Positions 12,048-21,918 of a stretch of DNA of 64,000 nt are shown here, in pieces. Where the stretch lies: the NCBI GenBank assembly GCA_963674965.2, contig CAXXFL010000007.1, forward strand, positions 704,001 to 768,000. Reading direction: 5' to 3'. Each line of letters starts with the position of its first letter. Position 1 is the first letter of the stretch. Below the pieces are notes generated by a model. It had not been told where the DNA came from and searched no databases. It was given only the letters and a program-made list of their open reading frames with translations. The position numbers and the translations under genes are program-made. Source of the DNA: a bacterium. Its GTDB lineage: Bacteria; RBG-13-61-14; DATKZS01.

Positions 12048-13574
12048 TCACCGGTACTTGGGAGCGTTGAAAGAACGGAGAAGGCAGCGGCCGAAGGCCC
12101 TGGCAAGACATTCTTTCTCATCGGGCTCAAGATTCATGAAAAGGGCCACTTTCTCCAGGGCCTTTTCCCACTCTCGCCCGGATTTCCTCACGTTCATGGC
12201 GGCCAGGTCGAGCCGATAAAGAAGAAAAGCGTGACGCGGCCGCGAGGCGGATGGGTCGTACATGAATGAGTCGGAGGAAAGTTCAGTGGTCCAGATTCCC
12301 ATGCGGGACATGATTCGAAGGGAGCTTCCCAGGGCCTTGAGGAATTCCCCCGCGGTCCCGTTCTTTCGCGCCTCGAGCGCGGCCTCTCGCCAGGGGAGCA
12401 TATCCGGCCCGGGCGCCATTTGAAGGAGGAGGCCCCAGTCGGAACCGGCCGGAGTAATCGCGGCCCGGGCCGGGATGAAGGGGACCCGCCTGTAAACAAG
12501 GGCCGGCGTCAGCTCGAGCGCCCGGGCGGCTCCGGTCCACCTGGCCTCGAGGGTCTGGTCTTCACGGAAGCGCTTGCCGCGGGGTATGAATATCTTTATC
12601 TCCTCCGGCCGCCTTATCCTTTTTATCACCCCCTCGATGGTTTCCCGGGGGACCGAGTAATGGGCGCTTACGGTAAATCCCCTGGTCTCGTAACGGTCGT
12701 ACATCGAGTTTTTCGTCCGCGCCCAGGCCATTCTGGCAACGGCCTGTTTGGCGCACTCGTACTCGGCTTTTATTCCGATCGTTTTTGCCAGGTCCCACCT
12801 TTGTTCTATCGTGATGGAGGTTTGTTTTCCGATCGGATAAGTCTTGAAGTACTGGTCCAGGAACCGGAGCCGGTCCGAGGTCGATCCGATAAAGATGGAA
12901 CTCTGATCGATTTTGGCCAGGTTGTCCAGGCGGTCCTGACGGGAGAGTCCTCCCGGCGCGTCCTTTATAAGGGCCCTTTCCAGGTCAACCAGTTTCAACT
13001 CTCCACTTGGGCTAACCATGATCGAGTCGGGCTTGAAATCGCGCTGGATCACTCCCGAGTCGTGGAGCCTCCTTATTAGCCGCGCCAGCCGCGTCATGAA
13101 CTCGCGCTTTACCCGAAGATCGATTCCCCGCGCGTGGCCGGGCCAGTTCTCGGCCCACTCCTCGAGGCTCACGTGGTCCTCCAGGTACTCCTGGACGAGG
13201 AGGTCCTCCTCGAGAAGGCCGCCGCGCGTTTTTTCCGCCATGGCCAGGTGACGGGCCGCGGGAAGACCCATGGCCTCGAGCCTGAGGCCCATCTCCCATT
13301 CCTGCCGGGTCCGGGAGTTTCGCACCGCCTGCTTCAGCCGCCGCCCGATGGCCGGACGCGAGTAGCGCTTGATAAAGACCATCCCCAAATCTCCGGCCGG
13401 CGCGGTCCAGATCGAGCGCCTGCCGTCGGTGGTCTTGATCTTTTTCGCTCTCGGGTTTTTATCGAGGCCCTTTAAGCTCCGGGCCATGGCCTCGACCTTG
13501 TCCTCGAGATCGGGCCGGACGCGCCAGGTCCACTCCCCCATCGTTACGATCTTCTCCAGCGGCCGTTTTTTCAT
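12048..13574 (-). CDS. Lipopolysaccharide kinase (Kdo/WaaP family), with a degenerate second kinase-like domain
   Basis: VFIKRY, RQEW, LHDSGVIQRDFKPDSI, LVDLE; in a glycosyltransferase cluster. Confidence 0.75.
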   Translation of the reverse strand: MKKRPLEKIVTMGEWTWRVRPDLEDKVEAMARSLKGLDKNPRAKKIKTTDGRRSIWTAPAGDLGMVFIKRYSRPAIGRRLKQAVRNSRTRQEWEMGLRLEAMGLPAARHLAMAEKTRGGLLEEDLLVQEYLEDHVSLEEWAENWPGHARGIDLRVKREFMTRLARLIRRLHDSGVIQRDFKPDSIMVSPSGELKLVDLERALIKDAPGGLSRQDRLDNLAKIDQSSIFIGSTSDRLRFLDQYFKTYPIGKQTSITIEQRWDLAKTIGIKAEYECAKQAVARMAWARTKNSMYDRYETRGFTVSAHYSVPRETIEGVIKRIRRPEEIKIFIPRGKRFREDQTLEARWTGAARALELTPALVYRRVPFIPARAAITPAGSDWGLLLQMAPGPDMLPWREAALEARKNGTAGEFLKALGSSLRIMSRMGIWTTELSSDSFMYDPSASRPRHAFLLYRLDLAAMNVRKSGREWEKALEKVALFMNLEPDEKECLARAFGRCLLRSFNAPKYR

Positions 13575-13583
13575 TTCAGTCCG

Positions 13584-14915
13584 TTATTCCTCCGCGGCCT
13601 TTGCGGCCCGCGCCTTGATCAGCCCGGCCCAGAGCTTGGGCTCCAGGGGCGAGGCCTGAAGCGCCATCTTATAAAAGAGCCTGGCCGCCATCGCGTCTCC
13701 GTTATCGAGGAACCACCTGGCGTTCTGTCCGGGCCAGACGTAGGGTTTGTTCATGTCCCACAGGCCGCGAAGGTTTATTTTTTCGATCAGTTCCGGACGC
13801 TCGGAGACGGCGGCGTCAAGGCGGAGAAGGGTCTTCACGTACTCCATTTCCAGGCCCGGGTCCTTGGGCCGGGAAAGGAGGGGCAGGCCCCGGTGGAGGA
13901 ACAGGACCAGGTTGTCCCAGTAATATTTTCGGGATGCGGTCCTGGCGGTGAGGTTAACGTCGCCGGGCCTCTCCCGCACCTCGACCGTCAGCTCGGGGAT
14001 ATGATGGAAATCGTATTTCCCCGCCAGCCTCAGCCACATTTCCCAATCCATGGCCTTGGGCAGGTAAGGACGGAATTTGCCGACGTCCTCATAGCATTCC
14101 CTTTTCACCATGACGTTGATAATGCAGGGGTTGGTCCTGAAGAATGTCCCTTTCTCATAGGCATCCCACTTATAGTCGCGGGCCGGACCGGGAACGAGAT
14201 TGCCCTCCGGTCCCGCCTCGTATCTCACCACTCGGTAGTCCGTATAGGCCGCGGGGGCGGCGCCCGGCGACTCGAGGTAGGAGGTCGAGGCCTCGAGATG
14301 GCGGGGAAGCAAAACGTCGTCGTCGTCCAGGCCGGTAACGTATTTGCCGCGGGCCATGGCCAGTCCCGCGTTCAGGGCCTGGGCCGGGCCTTGCCTGGGC
14401 GCCATGTAATACCGGGCCCGCTCGAGGCCGGAGTTCACGACCGCTTCCCTCGCCGCCGGGTCTCCCCCGTCGTTCACCACGATGGCCTCGTAGTCGGCAA
14501 AGGTCTGGGCTTTGAGGCTGGCCAGGGCCTCGGCCAGATACGCGGTCCGGTTGTAGGTCCTGACAATGACGCTGACCAGGGGTGGACGCTCGGGAGGGGC
14601 GGCCCCATCCATGTCCTCATGGCGCCAGGCCGGGTCGAAGTCCTTGTCCAACTCGAGGGCCCGTTCCATGTAAAAGGCGTTCAGCCGAAGAACGGCCGGA
14701 ACGTTGCTTTTGTTTTTGAACCATGAAAGCAGCTCGAGGGCCTCGGGCGTTTTTTTATTCTGGTGGAGGGCGACGGCCAGGTCGTTGGCCGAGAGGGGGT
14801 CATTTCCGTGACCGACTCTGGAGAGGATTCGCAAGGCCTGGTTCCAGTCCCCGGCGCGGGCCGCGTTAATGGCCCTCTCGCGATCGTCTCCGGACGATTT
14901 CATCGCGCCCGCCAT
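13584..14915 (-). CDS. Glycosyltransferase family 2 with N-terminal TPR-like helices
   Basis: VSVIVRTYNR, VVNDGG, LDDDD, MDWEMWLR. Confidence 0.88.
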   Translation of the reverse strand: MAGAMKSSGDDRERAINAARAGDWNQALRILSRVGHGNDPLSANDLAVALHQNKKTPEALELLSWFKNKSNVPAVLRLNAFYMERALELDKDFDPAWRHEDMDGAAPPERPPLVSVIVRTYNRTAYLAEALASLKAQTFADYEAIVVNDGGDPAAREAVVNSGLERARYYMAPRQGPAQALNAGLAMARGKYVTGLDDDDVLLPRHLEASTSYLESPGAAPAAYTDYRVVRYEAGPEGNLVPGPARDYKWDAYEKGTFFRTNPCIINVMVKRECYEDVGKFRPYLPKAMDWEMWLRLAGKYDFHHIPELTVEVRERPGDVNLTARTASRKYYWDNLVLFLHRGLPLLSRPKDPGLEMEYVKTLLRLDAAVSERPELIEKINLRGLWDMNKPYVWPGQNARWFLDNGDAMAARLFYKMALQASPLEPKLWAGLIKARAAKAAEE

Positions 14916-16093
14916 TTATCGATTACTTCCCGGTATACGCTTTCCAGGCGGGGAAGCAGTACCTGGCCGCTGAACTCTTGTACCATCCTTTTCCTTCCCC
15001 GCTCTCCAAGCCTCGAGCGAAGGTCCGGGGCGTCGCAAAGCTTCCTCAGGGCCGCGGCCAGCGCGTCCGCGTCCCGCGGCTTGACCAGGAGTCCGCTCTC
15101 CGCGTCCGCCACCGCCTCGGGTATGCCGCCCGCGGTCGTCGCCACCACCGGCAGTCCCATGGCCTGGGCTTCCAAGGTACAGCCGGCTATGCCCTCGGAC
15201 ACGCTGGCCAGGAGGAAAACATCGGCCCGCGCCAGTTCTTCGCGCACCTCGTCACTGTCCTTTTTGCCGAGCAGGGTGACTCGGTCATGGAGGTTCAAGT
15301 CCTTTATGGCCGCCTCGATCTCGCTCCGGCCCGCGCCGCCGCCGACGATTCGGTACTCGAAATCCGCGCCGGACTCGGCCAGTTTAGCGGCCGCGTGCAG
15401 GGCGTAAAGGTATCCCTTTTGCCAGGTCAGTCTGCCCACGGTGACGATGGAGAGTTTTCCCTTGCCCCGCTTTTTGGCGGGATCGGGCTTGAAATAATCC
15501 ACGTCCACCTCGGTGGGAATGACGGCCACCTTGTCCGGGTCGCACCCAAGCTCGATCACCCTGTCCCGCAGGGGATGGGACACGGCGATGAATTTCACGG
15601 CCTTCTCGAAAAGGGGCCTATACTTGTCCGGCGACTCGGACATGGTAACCATGACGTCCGTTCCCCTGAGGTTCACCACCATGGGAACGTCGAGCATGGC
15701 GGAAACCTCGAGGTACTCCAGGCCCAGGTGCCCGTAATTGGCGTGGATGAGGTCGTACCGCTTGCTTAAAAAGGGGAGCGTCGAGTTCCAGGTCACGGCG
15801 GACCGGGCCGATCCGCGCGCCCTGACGGCGGCCGCCGCGACGCGGCCCAGCCTGAGGCCAGAATGGGCCAGTCCCCGCGTCGAGTCCTTGAGCCTCCACC
15901 GAAAGGGGTTGGCGAGCTTTTTCACCTCGAGGCCCTCGAGCCTGGAGACGAGGTCGGGGTGGACGTCCCAGGCTTTAAGCAAGCGGGCAAAGACGTCAAG
16001 ATCGTGCCCCCTCTCGATCAGGTCCGCCGCCCGGCGCAGGATGAAGGTCTCCGACGTCTCGGGAAAGGACTCCACTATAAAGGCGATCTTCAT
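14900..16093 (-). CDS. Glycosyltransferase family 4 (WcaL-like)
   Basis: FPETSETFI, VGRLTWQKG, EG...LEAQAMGLPVV; start MKIAF overlaps upstream stop. Confidence 0.88.
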   Translation of the reverse strand: MKIAFIVESFPETSETFILRRAADLIERGHDLDVFARLLKAWDVHPDLVSRLEGLEVKKLANPFRWRLKDSTRGLAHSGLRLGRVAAAAVRARGSARSAVTWNSTLPFLSKRYDLIHANYGHLGLEYLEVSAMLDVPMVVNLRGTDVMVTMSESPDKYRPLFEKAVKFIAVSHPLRDRVIELGCDPDKVAVIPTEVDVDYFKPDPAKKRGKGKLSIVTVGRLTWQKGYLYALHAAAKLAESGADFEYRIVGGGAGRSEIEAAIKDLNLHDRVTLLGKKDSDEVREELARADVFLLASVSEGIAGCTLEAQAMGLPVVATTAGGIPEAVADAESGLLVKPRDADALAAALRKLCDAPDLRSRLGERGRKRMVQEFSGQVLLPRLESVYREVIDKWRAR

Positions 16094-17880
16094 TCTTTTT
16101 CCTCGCCCCGATCTCCCGCCGCCAGGGCGGAGCACGACTGGTCGGCCTCGAGTATCTCTCCCCCGTTCAGAGATGACCTCCAGACCGAGCGGAAGCAATC
16201 GGGATACTTGATGGCGGCCTCCTTCGCGGCCCAGGTTTCCTCGTGATGGAACCGACTGGATATGACGTAACGGGCGCGGCTGACCCGGGCAAATTCCATG
16301 AAGGCCTCGAGGCTCAGGTCGTCCTTCATCCGGGATGACTTCACGCCCGTCAGCACCCGGGTAATCCTCGGCTTAACGCTGAGGACCACATCCTCTTTGC
16401 CGGCCAGGTCCTTGAGCTTGAGGTTAAGGTCCATGAACTCCTGAGATAAGAGCGCCTTTTTCCACCCTTCCCCGTCATCCACCCAGCCGTGAACGTTCTT
16501 GTATTTGCTCCAGTCGATTTTCGTCTCGGCCCGGCCAAGGAAATCCGGCGAGCCGAACGGCTTGGACGGGGACGCCGTGACGATCATCGCCCATTTTGCC
16601 GCGCCCGCCGCGTGAAGCGAGACCAGGACTATGAAGCAGGCCGCCAGCAGGCCGTTGGCGTAAACTCTTTTCGGCTCCCAGCCAAAGTACTTTTTCCAGA
16701 AATACTCGTCCGCCGCCCGCATGGAAAGCATGAATCCCTCGCCCGCGTAGAAGAACATGATCGGAATAAGGGGCATAAGATACCTGCTGTCCTTGGTGTC
16801 GAACAGGACGATTAAAAGGAGGTAAGCCCAGAAAAACCAGGCGGAGGCGGACCGGTTCCTTATAAGGTCCGCGAGGGCCCCGATGAATATTACGGCGGTG
16901 ATGACGGCCCCGATCTCGTTCATCCAGCCCGCGATCACGTGGCCCTCGAAGAAGAAAATCCTGGCCACGTCTCCCGTGTATTCCACCGAATCCAGCCAGT
17001 TGCCGCCGGCTATGTAGGAGGGGGCCGCCGGCACTTCTCCCCTTCCTTTAATGCCCGCTATCATGATCGCCAGGGGTATAAAGTAGGCGATTAACAGCGC
17101 CGCGAATGACGCGCAAAAGGCGATGGTCTTTTTAAGGCTCCCTTTCCATTTATCCTTGAACGGCCCACCCGAGAAAAGGGTCAGGGCCGCCGCGACCGGC
17201 ACGACCACTCCCGGCCTCCTGGTGGTCAGGGCCGCGAAACAGATTACCGCCAGCGCGGCCAGCCAGCGCGAGAAAGTCCTTGTATCCTCCCGGTACTTCT
17301 CGGCGAGGATAAAAACCCCGAATATCAGGGCGGTGAATACGGCCTCCGTCAGCACGTCCATCATATTGATAAGATACAAATGCGTGGTGGCGAAGAGAAG
17401 AGCGTACCCCGCCGCCCTTATCTCGCCGGCCCTCCGCCTGAAGTACAAATAGGACATTACAGGGGCGGCCATGGCGAAAAGGTAGACCACGAAGTGGATG
17501 TAAAGGTAATTCGGCGTCTCGTCCAGGACCCCGGGCACGAGGGCCAGGGAAAGAACGATCGAGAAAAACCCGCACATGTAGGAGTCGGCCGACCATATCT
17601 TGCGTATAAAGACCGGGTCGGTGTAGAACAGGTCGGCCAGGCTCTCGGCCTCGATAAAGGAGCGGGCGTTGGCGATATAGTAGCAGTTGTCTCCTCCCAT
17701 TCCTCCCAACTCTCCATGAATGAGGGGAAGATAAAGGAGGGCTATCCCGGCTAAAAGGGCGGGGGCGGCCCACTTGGGAAGCTTTCTTCCAGTCCAGGGA
17801 AAGGTGGAGGCGACGTAGTCCTCGGGCAATATGTACGCCCGGCCGCTCGCCGCTCCATTTTCGGCCTTTTCCGCGCTCAT
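16090..17880 (-). CDS. Polytopic GT-C fold glycosyltransferase (ArnT/PMT-like)
   Basis: About 10 or more TM helices, GDNCYY in first loop, LTE motif, RYLMPLIP. Confidence 0.65.
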   Translation of the reverse strand: MSAEKAENGAASGRAYILPEDYVASTFPWTGRKLPKWAAPALLAGIALLYLPLIHGELGGMGGDNCYYIANARSFIEAESLADLFYTDPVFIRKIWSADSYMCGFFSIVLSLALVPGVLDETPNYLYIHFVVYLFAMAAPVMSYLYFRRRAGEIRAAGYALLFATTHLYLINMMDVLTEAVFTALIFGVFILAEKYREDTRTFSRWLAALAVICFAALTTRRPGVVVPVAAALTLFSGGPFKDKWKGSLKKTIAFCASFAALLIAYFIPLAIMIAGIKGRGEVPAAPSYIAGGNWLDSVEYTGDVARIFFFEGHVIAGWMNEIGAVITAVIFIGALADLIRNRSASAWFFWAYLLLIVLFDTKDSRYLMPLIPIMFFYAGEGFMLSMRAADEYFWKKYFGWEPKRVYANGLLAACFIVLVSLHAAGAAKWAMIVTASPSKPFGSPDFLGRAETKIDWSKYKNVHGWVDDGEGWKKALLSQEFMDLNLKLKDLAGKEDVVLSVKPRITRVLTGVKSSRMKDDLSLEAFMEFARVSRARYVISSRFHHEETWAAKEAAIKYPDCFRSVWRSSLNGGEILEADQSCSALAAGDRGEEKE

Positions 17881-17887
17881 TCTTTTC

Positions 17888-19189
17888 CTACCCGTTGAAA
17901 AGCTTGAACCACAGTTTCAACTCCGAGGGCTTGACGCAGACCGAGGCCCGAAGGGCCTCCCTCGAGGCGTCCCTTTCCCCCTCCTCCGCCAGCCGCTTGC
18001 TCAGGGCGTAGAAGATGGCGTAGTAGGGCTCGACAAGGAGTTTTCTAAGCTCGAGCCGCCGGGCGAAGAAGTTGTCCTTGTCATCCCTCACCAGGCCGCT
18101 CATGGCGCGAAGGAGCTTGTCTCCCGAGCTTCCCGCCCCCAGCATCCTGGCTCCGGTCAGGGGAAAGAACCCGTGCAGATATCCGACCATGTTCCGGTAA
18201 TAGTTATAGGGCACGTCGAAGGACCTGGTCATCTGGCTGCGGTCGGCGCGCTCCCTTTGCTCACAGGTGACTCTCGGCAGATGGTGAAGGTCGTACCTGG
18301 CCGAGAAGCGGAGAAAAAACTCCCAGTCCTCGGACCGAAGTATGTGCTCGTTATAGTATCCTATCTCGGCGGCCCTCTCCCGCTCGTACATAACGCTTAT
18401 GACCGGCACGTAGCTTTGATGCCTCATCTCGCGCCGGTCGAAGTCCACCGAATAGGGGACCTTGGTCCTTACCGTCCTCCACTCGCCGCCGTCCTTGCGC
18501 TGGAAGGCCCGGTTGGCGTCGGTATAAGCCAGCTTGGCCTCGGGGTTCGCCTGCATGAAGCCAGCCAGGGTCGCCAGGTGGTCCGGATAGAAAACGTCGT
18601 CGTCGTCAAGCTGGGCGGCGTAACGGCCCCTGCCGGCGCTTATGGCGACGTTGCGGGCGGAGCCGAGTCCGCCGTGCTCGGCGTAAACGTATCGAACCCG
18701 GGGATCGGCGAGATACTTTTCGAGGACTTCCTCGACCCGGCGGTCGCCGCCGTCGTTTACGATAAGCAGTTCCCAGTCGTCCATGGTCTGGGCCAGCACG
18801 CTCTCGACGCTCTCGGCCGTGAAGTCGCATCGGTTGTAGGTGGGCATGATCACGGTCACGAGCGGAGAGGCGACTCCCGCGCCCCTGGTTTCGAGAATCC
18901 TCGTCTCGGGCCTCGGGGCCGGAGCGGACCTTACCTTGTCCGTCTCCTCCACGTAGAAGCGGTTGATTTTCAGGAACCCGTTGCCCGGGTCCATTTCCAG
19001 GGCCCGGTCGAGCTCGGCCAGGGCCGCGTCCGCGTCGCCCAGGGCAAAGCGGCAAAGGGCAAGGTCGTTCCTTGCCGGCCAGCCGGAGGGGCCCCTCGCC
19101 TTCAGGCTGGAAAGAATTTCCAGCGCCCCCTCAAAGTCCAACTCGTCCATGGCCCGGAGGGCCTTCACGTGTTTTTCGCTTAACCTCAT
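17888..19189 (-). CDS. Glycosyltransferase family 2 with N-terminal TPR
   Basis: TPR (NDLALC...ALEMDP), VTVIMPTYNR, LDDDD, EDWEFFLR; paralogous to 13584-14915. Confidence 0.88.
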   Translation of the reverse strand: MRLSEKHVKALRAMDELDFEGALEILSSLKARGPSGWPARNDLALCRFALGDADAALAELDRALEMDPGNGFLKINRFYVEETDKVRSAPAPRPETRILETRGAGVASPLVTVIMPTYNRCDFTAESVESVLAQTMDDWELLIVNDGGDRRVEEVLEKYLADPRVRYVYAEHGGLGSARNVAISAGRGRYAAQLDDDDVFYPDHLATLAGFMQANPEAKLAYTDANRAFQRKDGGEWRTVRTKVPYSVDFDRREMRHQSYVPVISVMYERERAAEIGYYNEHILRSEDWEFFLRFSARYDLHHLPRVTCEQRERADRSQMTRSFDVPYNYYRNMVGYLHGFFPLTGARMLGAGSSGDKLLRAMSGLVRDDKDNFFARRLELRKLLVEPYYAIFYALSKRLAEEGERDASREALRASVCVKPSELKLWFKLFNG

Positions 19190-19221
19190 TTTCCGTTACC
19201 TATAAAATCAAGTCCCCCGCT

Positions 19222-20328
19222 TCAAGCCCCGCCGCCGGCCTTTTCCACCAGGCCCGACAAGTAAGACTCGAGCTTAAGAATAAGTTTTTCCCCGTCCAGC
19301 TCGGTCTCGGCGTACGCTCTCGCCCGGGCGCCCAGGCGTCGGGCAAGGTCCTCGTCCTCGATAAGCCGGACAAGGGCGTCGGCCAGCGCCTTGGGGTCCT
19401 CGGGCGGGACCAGCGTCCCGTTCTCGCCGTCCGAGACCATCTCGTCGTTTCCCGGAACGTCGCTCGCCGCCAGGGGTAGTCCCGCGGCCATGGCCTCGGC
19501 CAGGGCGTTCGAGCGGGCCTCCATCCTGCTTGGAAAGGCGAAGACGTCAAGCCCCGCCAGGAAGCCGGGAACGTCATCGATGGCCCCCAGAAAAACGAAC
19601 CTCGCCAGGCCACGATCACGCGCCGTCCGCTCGAGTTCTTCCCTTTTTTCTCCCTCGCCGGCGATGGCGAACCAGGTCTCGATCCCCCTGCCTTTCATGA
19701 GGGCGGCCGCCTCGAGAAGCAGGTCGTAGCCTTTCTGGCTGACGATCCTTCCCGCCGATCCCACGATCTTTTCCCCGCTTCCCGCTCCCAGCCTTCGGCG
19801 GAGGGAGCCGTTTTTCCCGGCCCCGAACCTTTTCAAATCGACGCCGTTGGGTATGAACTCGATCCTTTCCGCCGGCATGCCCGAGCGCTCGATAAAAATC
19901 CTTTCCACGTCACGGCTCACGGCGATGAGGTGGGTCACGAAAAACCGGTAAGCCAGCCGGTCGCGCCACGATCCCTTCAGGAAAGGCCATCCTTTTCTCT
20001 GGACCCTGATCTTGATCCCGGCGGCGGCCGCCGCGGGAGCTATCACCCTCACCTCTCTTTGATCGTTTAGCAAAATCAGGTCTGGCTTCTCCCTTTTAAA
20101 ATAGAGGAAGGCCCGGACCATGGTGTAGACGTCGAGGTCGAAACTCATGGGCAGGACGGCCGCGGGCAGCCCGGCCTCGATCGCCTTTTTCGCCATGGGT
20201 CCCTCCCTGAGCAGGGTCAGTATTTGGTGACCCCTCTCCCGCAGGGACTCGGCGGTCCTGAGGTGCCACAACTCGGCCCCTCCCAGGTATGGGCAGGAGT
20301 TCACGAAGACCATCTTCATCCTTTGCAT
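19222..20328 (-). CDS. Glycosyltransferase family 4
   Basis: GGAE, IPNGVD, GRIVSQKG, EAMAAGLP. Confidence 0.9.
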   Translation of the reverse strand: MQRMKMVFVNSCPYLGGAELWHLRTAESLRERGHQILTLLREGPMAKKAIEAGLPAAVLPMSFDLDVYTMVRAFLYFKREKPDLILLNDQREVRVIAPAAAAAGIKIRVQRKGWPFLKGSWRDRLAYRFFVTHLIAVSRDVERIFIERSGMPAERIEFIPNGVDLKRFGAGKNGSLRRRLGAGSGEKIVGSAGRIVSQKGYDLLLEAAALMKGRGIETWFAIAGEGEKREELERTARDRGLARFVFLGAIDDVPGFLAGLDVFAFPSRMEARSNALAEAMAAGLPLAASDVPGNDEMVSDGENGTLVPPEDPKALADALVRLIEDEDLARRLGARARAYAETELDGEKLILKLESYLSGLVEKAGGGA

Positions 20329-20387
20329 TATAAGCGAGGAAAGGTTAGGGCCAAAGACGGCGGGGCGATCGGGCCTTCCGGCGCCTC

Positions 20388-21425
20388 TTATTTTTCATCC
20401 TCGGCGAGCTTCTCCAGTTTCCTTATCCTCTTGAACAGGTCGGGAAGCCCCTTGAGGCGGCCGTAAACTCTTTTGGCCAGAGAGAACTCCATGGCCGGAT
20501 ACCCCATCACCCTGGCGCCGGGGGCCACGTCCTCATGCACGCCCGAGCCTCCGATCACCAGCGCCCCCGCGCCGATGGTAACGTTGTCGCTGATGGTGCA
20601 GTTCCCGGAGATGATGCAATTGTCGCCGATCACCGTGCTGCCGCCGCAGGTGGTCGAGGCCAGGATGACGCAGTTCTTTCCCACCCTCACGTTGTGGGCC
20701 AGGTGAACCAGGTTGTCGATCTTGGTCCCGTCGCCCACAACGGTCGAGTCAAGCATGGCCCTGTCAACGGTACAGTTCGCGCCGATCTCGACCCGGTCGC
20801 CTATCACGACGCCTCCCACTTGCGGCTTTTTAAGGTGACCCTCCCCCGAGAGTATATAGCCGAAGCCGTCCGCTCCGATGACCGTGCCCGAGTGGATCAC
20901 GGTGGCGCTTCCGATTTTCACGCCTTTATACAAGGTGACCGAGGCGTGGACGACGCAGTCCGGGCCGATCTCGACGTCTCGGCCCAATATGCATCCGGCT
21001 CCCACCCGGGTCCGGTCGCCCACCCTGGCGCCGGACTCGATCACGGCGGCCGGGCCAATGGAGACGTCGGCGCCAAGCCGGACGTCCTCGGCGACCTGGG
21101 CGGAGGGATGAACGCCGGGCTCCGGCTTTTCCTCCGGATGGAACCAGCCCATCAGCTTGACGAAGGAGGCGTAGGGATCGGACACGATGATTTGGGGAAC
21201 GTCCTTTTCAAGGGGAACGCTAAGGATGATGGCGCCGGCCCGGCTTGCAAGGGCCGCCTCCTTGAATTTGGGACCGCCCAGAAAGCCGATCGACTCCGGG
21301 TCCGCCATCTCGAGGGAGGAAACCCGGCTGATGGAAACCTCGCCGTCGCCTCGAAGGCTTCCCTCCACCATCAGGGCTATCTCGGAGGTCTTGATCGATC
21401 TCTTGTCCGCCGCCATGAAAATCAC
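20388..21425 (-). CDS. lpxD: UDP-3-O-(3-hydroxyacyl)glucosamine N-acyltransferase
   Basis: Hexapeptide repeats, GADGFGY, EIGANCTVDR, KIDNLVHLAHN. Confidence 0.95.
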   Translation of the reverse strand: MIFMAADKRSIKTSEIALMVEGSLRGDGEVSISRVSSLEMADPESIGFLGGPKFKEAALASRAGAIILSVPLEKDVPQIIVSDPYASFVKLMGWFHPEEKPEPGVHPSAQVAEDVRLGADVSIGPAAVIESGARVGDRTRVGAGCILGRDVEIGPDCVVHASVTLYKGVKIGSATVIHSGTVIGADGFGYILSGEGHLKKPQVGGVVIGDRVEIGANCTVDRAMLDSTVVGDGTKIDNLVHLAHNVRVGKNCVILASTTCGGSTVIGDNCIISGNCTISDNVTIGAGALVIGGSGVHEDVAPGARVMGYPAMEFSLAKRVYGRLKGLPDLFKRIRKLEKLAEDEK

Positions 21426-21477
21426 CGTCCTTCCCCAACCGTTTTACGGGCGGCCCCAGCCTCGCCGTCTTGACTCG

Positions 21478-21906
21478 TCAGAACTGCCTCTCCGCGCTCG
21501 CCGGGTCCTTTTCCTTTTTATCCAGCCAGTATGTCTCGGCCTCGCGGTCTATCCTCACCCCGAGGGGGTCCTTGCCCAGGACCCTGATCATGACGCCGAC
21601 GGGAGCGAACACGATTAAAAATACCGCCACCAGAGATACCTGGAGCGCGAGCCAGGCCGCAGTTTTGACGACCTTCTCGATGATCCAGGCCGGCGGATAG
21701 AGGATTTTGGGAAGGGCCAGAGCCAGGCCCCACAAACAGGCCGAGAACAAGGCCAGATTCTCCATGCGCTCCATGTCGCCCCGAAAGGCAGCGATGACGC
21801 CGAGAAAGGCCATGGCCGCGCCCAGCCCGAACCCGAGCCGTTGTCCCTGCTCTCGGGCCTCCGGGTTTTTCCACCAACTCTTTATGGAGGTAGTAATATC
21901 CACCAA
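21478..21906 (-). CDS. SxtJ-family membrane protein
   Basis: FG-TM helices, LGKDPL, TYW, C-terminal ERQF. Confidence 0.75.
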   Translation of the reverse strand: MVDITTSIKSWWKNPEAREQGQRLGFGLGAAMAFLGVIAAFRGDMERMENLALFSACLWGLALALPKILYPPAWIIEKVVKTAAWLALQVSLVAVFLIVFAPVGVMIRVLGKDPLGVRIDREAETYWLDKKEKDPASAERQF

Positions 21907-21918
21907 ACCTTACGTCCT

